A DNA stretch of 61,340 nt, from positions 82,909 through 144,248 of the forward strand of contig CAYOXM010000001.1 of assembly GCA_964407925.1 (NCBI GenBank), read 5' to 3'. Made by a program: the position numbers and the translations under genes. The stretch's first letter is position 1, and the number at the start of each line of letters is the position of its first letter. The notes under the pieces were generated by a model. The model saw nothing but the letters and a program-made list of their open reading frames with translations. It searched no databases and was not told the DNA's origin. This DNA comes from an uncultured Gammaproteobacteria bacterium (GTDB lineage Bacteria; Patescibacteriota; Patescibacteriia; SG8-24). Positions 59,601-61,340 of the stretch are shown in pieces.

Positions 59601-61340
59601 TCGATCCGAGCACGTGGAAACGATAGCCCGGACTCGCGGTACCGACCGCGAAGTTGCCATCGAACAGGCCGAACCCGGTCACGCCTTGCCGCAGTACCTC
59701 GAAACGGTCGGCGGCGCTGCTGTCCGTGTCAATCGACAGGCGAAAATTATCCCACGCCGACGTCAGGTTGAGGTCTCCCGAGCTCGCGCCGTTATAAGAC
59801 CACGTCCAAATGCCGTTCCCTACCGCACCAGTATTGTTGAACTCGAGGATGTCGCCGCCGGCGGTGTTGAGGAGTTCGAGCTTCGCGGACGGACTGGATT
59901 GACCGATGCCGACCAGCTGTGTCGAGGTGATCCGCATCGCCTCGGTCATTGCGGCGGCGGCGGTCTGCGTACGGAACGCCATGTAGCCCTGGAAGCCCGT
60001 ACCCGCGCTCTCGATCTGCGACATGATTGAACCAAGCGCGACGTCGACGAAGCCGATACGTACCGGGTTGCCGCCGGTGCCGGTATTCTCGACAGAGAAT
60101 GTTTTGTCGTATTGGCTGGGCGACGATCCGATGTTTCCTTGAATCGCGGCGGCAGGCGTCAGTGAGGCGAGATTGCCGCCCGATACGACAAGCTTCGCGC
60201 CCGGTGAAGTGTTGCCGATCCCGACATTGCCAGTCTGCGTGATGCGCATGCGCTCATTTGTCGTGGGAGCGCTGGCGCCGGTATAGAATGTTATCGGCGC
60301 CGTGGATTTTTCCGTGCCGATGGAAAGACCGTCAGCCGTGGATAATGCTTGGACGTACACGCGGTTCGCAAGAAATTCGCCCCCGCTGCTGTAATTGACG
60401 GCAGTTCCTGCGATTGAGCCAAGTTCGGATGCCCCTGAATTTCCGACGGCGACCCTCGAATAAAAATTCCCTGTTGCCGTGGTCGTGACCACCGACCTGA
60501 TGACCGAAACGTTGGCATTTGAAACCTCGAGATTGACCCCGGGCGTCGTGGTCCCGATGCCGACGAAACCCGCGCTCGAGATGCGCATCCTTTCAGCAAG
60601 CGAATTGTCCGCCATCGTCGCGAAGGAGAGGTAGGAATCGCGGCTGGTCGTGTCGTTCGCCTGCGCCGCCTCCCACGCGCCGCGGATGCGACCGGCGAGG
60701 ACGCTGGAATTATTGGTGAAGCCCTCGAGGCGCCAGGTGCGGTCGGCACCGAAGTCCGCCGCGCCAGGGGCCGTGGAATCGGCGCGGGTGCGGCTCGCGG
60801 CCTCTACTTCGAGAGCGGCGTTCGAGTTCGTCTGGTCCTCGACTTGGAGCTTGGTGCTCGGGGAGGTGGTGCCGATGCCGACGTTCCCGCCCGCGAGCAC
60901 CGTCATGCGCACGACGTCCGAAGCAGTCGCTATATTGAGCCCGGCCGTACTGTTATCGTACTGAATGAATGACCTTCGTGTGCCATTCTGCCTGAATTCG
61001 ACGAAAGGATTTCCCGTCGCGTCACCATCTATGCTGAAGATGCCGTTCGGCGATGCTTTTGACCTGACCGTACCGGCGACATCCAGAAGCGCGCCCGGCG
61101 TCACCGTCCCCACCCCCACCCGATGGTTCGTCGAATCCACGAAGAATGTCGGCGAGTCGAAGGTCACGTCCTTCGTGAGCGTGAAGTTGCCGGAGGAGTC
61201 GGTGACCGGCACGAAGGCGTTCGAGCCTCCCGCGGCCGAGGTGTCGAGGTCGTCCAATCTGTCGGCGTTCAGCGCGTAGCCGGCGGCGACGATCCTCTTC
61301 CTCGGGGTCATCTCGGCGTCGGCGTTGACCGTCACGCCGA
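53629..61340 (-). CDS. Giant (>2568 aa, 5' end outside window) tail-fibre-like surface protein with peptidase S74 intramolecular chaperone domain
   Basis: More than a dozen GNVGIGTTxP-type repeats; two ...WGAQLE beta-sandwich repeats; SSSLRYKEDV...VGFIAEEVAQIIPEV...IEYKLL; Pro-rich tail. Frame stays open to the window edge. Confidence 0.88.
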   Translation of the reverse strand, partial: GVTVNADAEMTPRKRIVAAGYALNADRLDDLDTSAAGGSNAFVPVTDSSGNFTLTKDVTFDSPTFFVDSTNHRVGVGTVTPGALLDVAGTVRSKASPNGIFSIDGDATGNPFVEFRQNGTRRSFIQYDNSTAGLNIATASDVVRMTVLAGGNVGIGTTSPSTKLQVEDQTNSNAALEVEAASRTRADSTAPGAADFGADRTWRLEGFTNNSSVLAGRIRGAWEAAQANDTTSRDSYLSFATMADNSLAERMRISSAGFVGIGTTTPGVNLEVSNANVSVIRSVVTTTATGNFYSRVAVGNSGASELGSIAGTAVNYSSGGEFLANRVYVQALSTADGLSIGTEKSTAPITFYTGASAPTTNERMRITQTGNVGIGNTSPGAKLVVSGGNLASLTPAAAIQGNIGSSPSQYDKTFSVENTGTGGNPVRIGFVDVALGSIMSQIESAGTGFQGYMAFRTQTAAAAMTEAMRITSTQLVGIGQSSPSAKLELLNTAGGDILEFNNTGAVGNGIWTWSYNGASSGDLNLTSAWDNFRLSIDTDSSAADRFEVLRQGVTGFGLFDGNFAVGTASPGYRFHVLGSSANNQLGRFESAATDYTAVSVSNTTQTSNASFYMTIGGSSGLSVFGLGTQAGIASLEVNSDNQGVIGNRRNAPLKFATNDAVRMTIDASGNVSTVGNNTFGDASGDTVTSNAAAWTFANDTAVALSGGVNGLNFDSDTLSIDATNNRVGIGTNAPSAPLHIRLSSAPDFIIEETSAGAAAQMQFVNVTRTWEAGSDASPDGFWISPTTGAFGQGTFFIDPNGNVALGTTTTTTHLAVGSTTSTADEILRITGQNDAAIQLYADMDNLTEDHNAYIQMTQDQGTGREAFVGIVGNAAADPANGGYTGTLANALFVGNSDATPIQFGTNDNVRMTIDSSGNVGIGTTGPAVKFHLSDNTFTMKAAESTGLQVMSSIAPAWTNLGTNLTTIPILSFQDGNAVDAGRIDGNGYFGLYTGLTPNERLTIGDAIGATFGSGNLLITTGNLETAYGGVGRYENYLTYSEQIDNAAWTKTSTVAITANTDTAPNGSTTADKVTTGGAAVTDGVTQAASGAPATASTTWAGSVWLKATTGTPSVAVRISSGNQTGTAATYTLGNFWRRANVIQSFTGASTGTATLRVESGTNTNVLIWGAQLEKQASTGSYVQTVASAVTTTGRGLVVDSAGPHLFVNGSVGIGTVSPASPLHLNAATSGTSNYTARIVDGNSSIGTNLVIGYTGGASDEKYKSIFVDSLGINFGTLTDALSGAPTPQMTITAAGDVGIGTTGPGAKLEAVGNIRTKGGSLVATQASPVDSLVISNTASGSAQISTNAAVPLTLGTNSSTTQLVLASSGNVGIGDGSPASLLTVGSGDRFNVNASGDVTSTFTTLDGSTTANGGGSNSTSLVVNSGTNFDNGNYVQVASASCVANPCFAKITAGGGTTTLTISPALTWSNADAVTEVHVPEIGGVDTSQALANRYGRGYFIDGVVTGNGSTYFSDNKIESGGTLAVNAAGGQAVTLGGSLTVTGAITSNSTSNSVLNGPLKLANLSGADPTGTNGLTYYNTTSNKFRCYQNGAWTDCIGAGASPSWSNLTSPSTNLSLSMGANTTSFTVAQAADTGTTVSAFSYPFTTPADTTGTNVHNLIAVSTSMDNASGGTNTTNLFRVNDFTGDAQMNLNAFSVGDHNGGADATETVLKAGSGWDFILETPALDISGAGVISGATGITSSGTVSFTGNVSVGDAATDTLTVTSEILNASGGYALEFEGATNNDIYTKFVITDPTTTSKTITFPDATGTVVLGSSSFAPNYIIGTDGSGALSTAAGIASSANLDTLFSDDTGSGALVFATSPSLSTPDINSGNFSSQMTTTDGTFDMFIGSSPATALNFGPSTASSVLNLMGGFSNNGCTITGVDGTMTCTGLIGVGTSTPSEKLTIADGGNVLVQAGYVESPFGGFGRYENWLLRSEEFDNASWTKESTIVVTSDQTSPDGVASAAERVSTAGASATNGVTQAANGSPATASTTWTGSVWLKMSTGSATVNLRISSGNETGTVSAASVTTSWQRFKVTQTFTGGSTGTATFRIESGTSTNVVMWGAQLEQQSTAGIYVKTSTAAITTTSRGLVGGSTGPHHLTSGSLCVNCLAPNTTLDVGGSFRTSGAVTFGDGSGDSATSNAASWTFANDTAVTLSGGVDGINFDSNTLSIDATNNRVGIGTNAPAGPLEIEGATNNMIVLQRTDAGVPQIVFQTTGGADDSTLSYDNSNDYLYLANGGSARLAVNNSGNVGVSVLASATSTSLCYNTSPILGFNSFSTCSSSLRYKEDVHDLAFDMQKVLALRPVDFKWKDRDERSVGFIAEEVAQIIPEVITYKNGQIEGIEYKLLTAYLAAAIKDHENRITALSGRLGVDGNGVLTVNEVVADRVKARETVINAEGNDKTVGRGIIEAGSDAKVVTNLGMRANSLVVVTFDGDPGSRWWISERHDGSFVIKLSAPATQNATFTYWIVGIDGDVPEPVVAPPAPEPAPAPVPEPPSTEPVQESSPEPPVPAPASEEMPSAE

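Noticed and set aside
53629-61340. Prophage call from the tail-fibre-like gene
   Set aside because: No terminase, capsid, portal, lysis or integrase genes in the window; the downstream neighbours are a tRNA and host genes. The upstream context is outside the window.
1-61340. Alternative genetic code (TGA recoding)
   Set aside because: Core genes (smpB, nrdR, der, dprA) end at TGA at their expected C-termini and show no internal TGA; code 11 fits.

Overview
High-GC bacterial chromosome segment, most likely from a Patescibacteria (CPR, Parcubacteria-like) genome. This is an inference from the VirB2/TrbC-pilin-fused giant proteins, the DUF5667/ECF pair, the divergent bL35/bS21 and the long tmRNA tag. 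The backbone is housekeeping: smpB-ssrA, infC-rpmI-rplT, pyk, nrdR-ftsZ-ftsA, dgkA-ybeY, yqeY-rpsU-hisS-lepB, LCP-der-pth-dprA-topA-rel, parA-parB, four tRNAs (Asp, Val, Leu, Met) and a MgtA-like P-type ATPase. Two large surface loci are present: a five-gene cluster with 3.4k-aa and 0.78k-aa pilin-domain proteins, and a >2.5k-aa tail-fibre-like protein with an S74 chaperone domain that runs off the right edge. The most unusual signal is non-coding. (1) A ~117-nt multi-hairpin repeat is fused to the CCA ends of tmRNA, tRNA-Leu and tRNA-Met, with compensatory base changes and, in two copies, a second terminal ACCA; tRNA-Val carries a related CCA-anchored hairpin. (2) A small GIY-YIG gene is sandwiched between a tRNA-Asp mimic and the real tRNA-Asp, with another mimic downstream; a second GIY-YIG gene follows the tmRNA repeat. 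Together these suggest an integrase-free, tRNA-targeted palindrome/GIY-YIG mobile system (inference). (3) A second two-copy structured motif with an invariant AGGTTCACGGTCTCG core, and heptamer-repeat tracts, lie in intergenic spacers. No CRISPR, rRNA, transposase or integrase was seen. Family names are from manual motif recognition only; no database searches were run.
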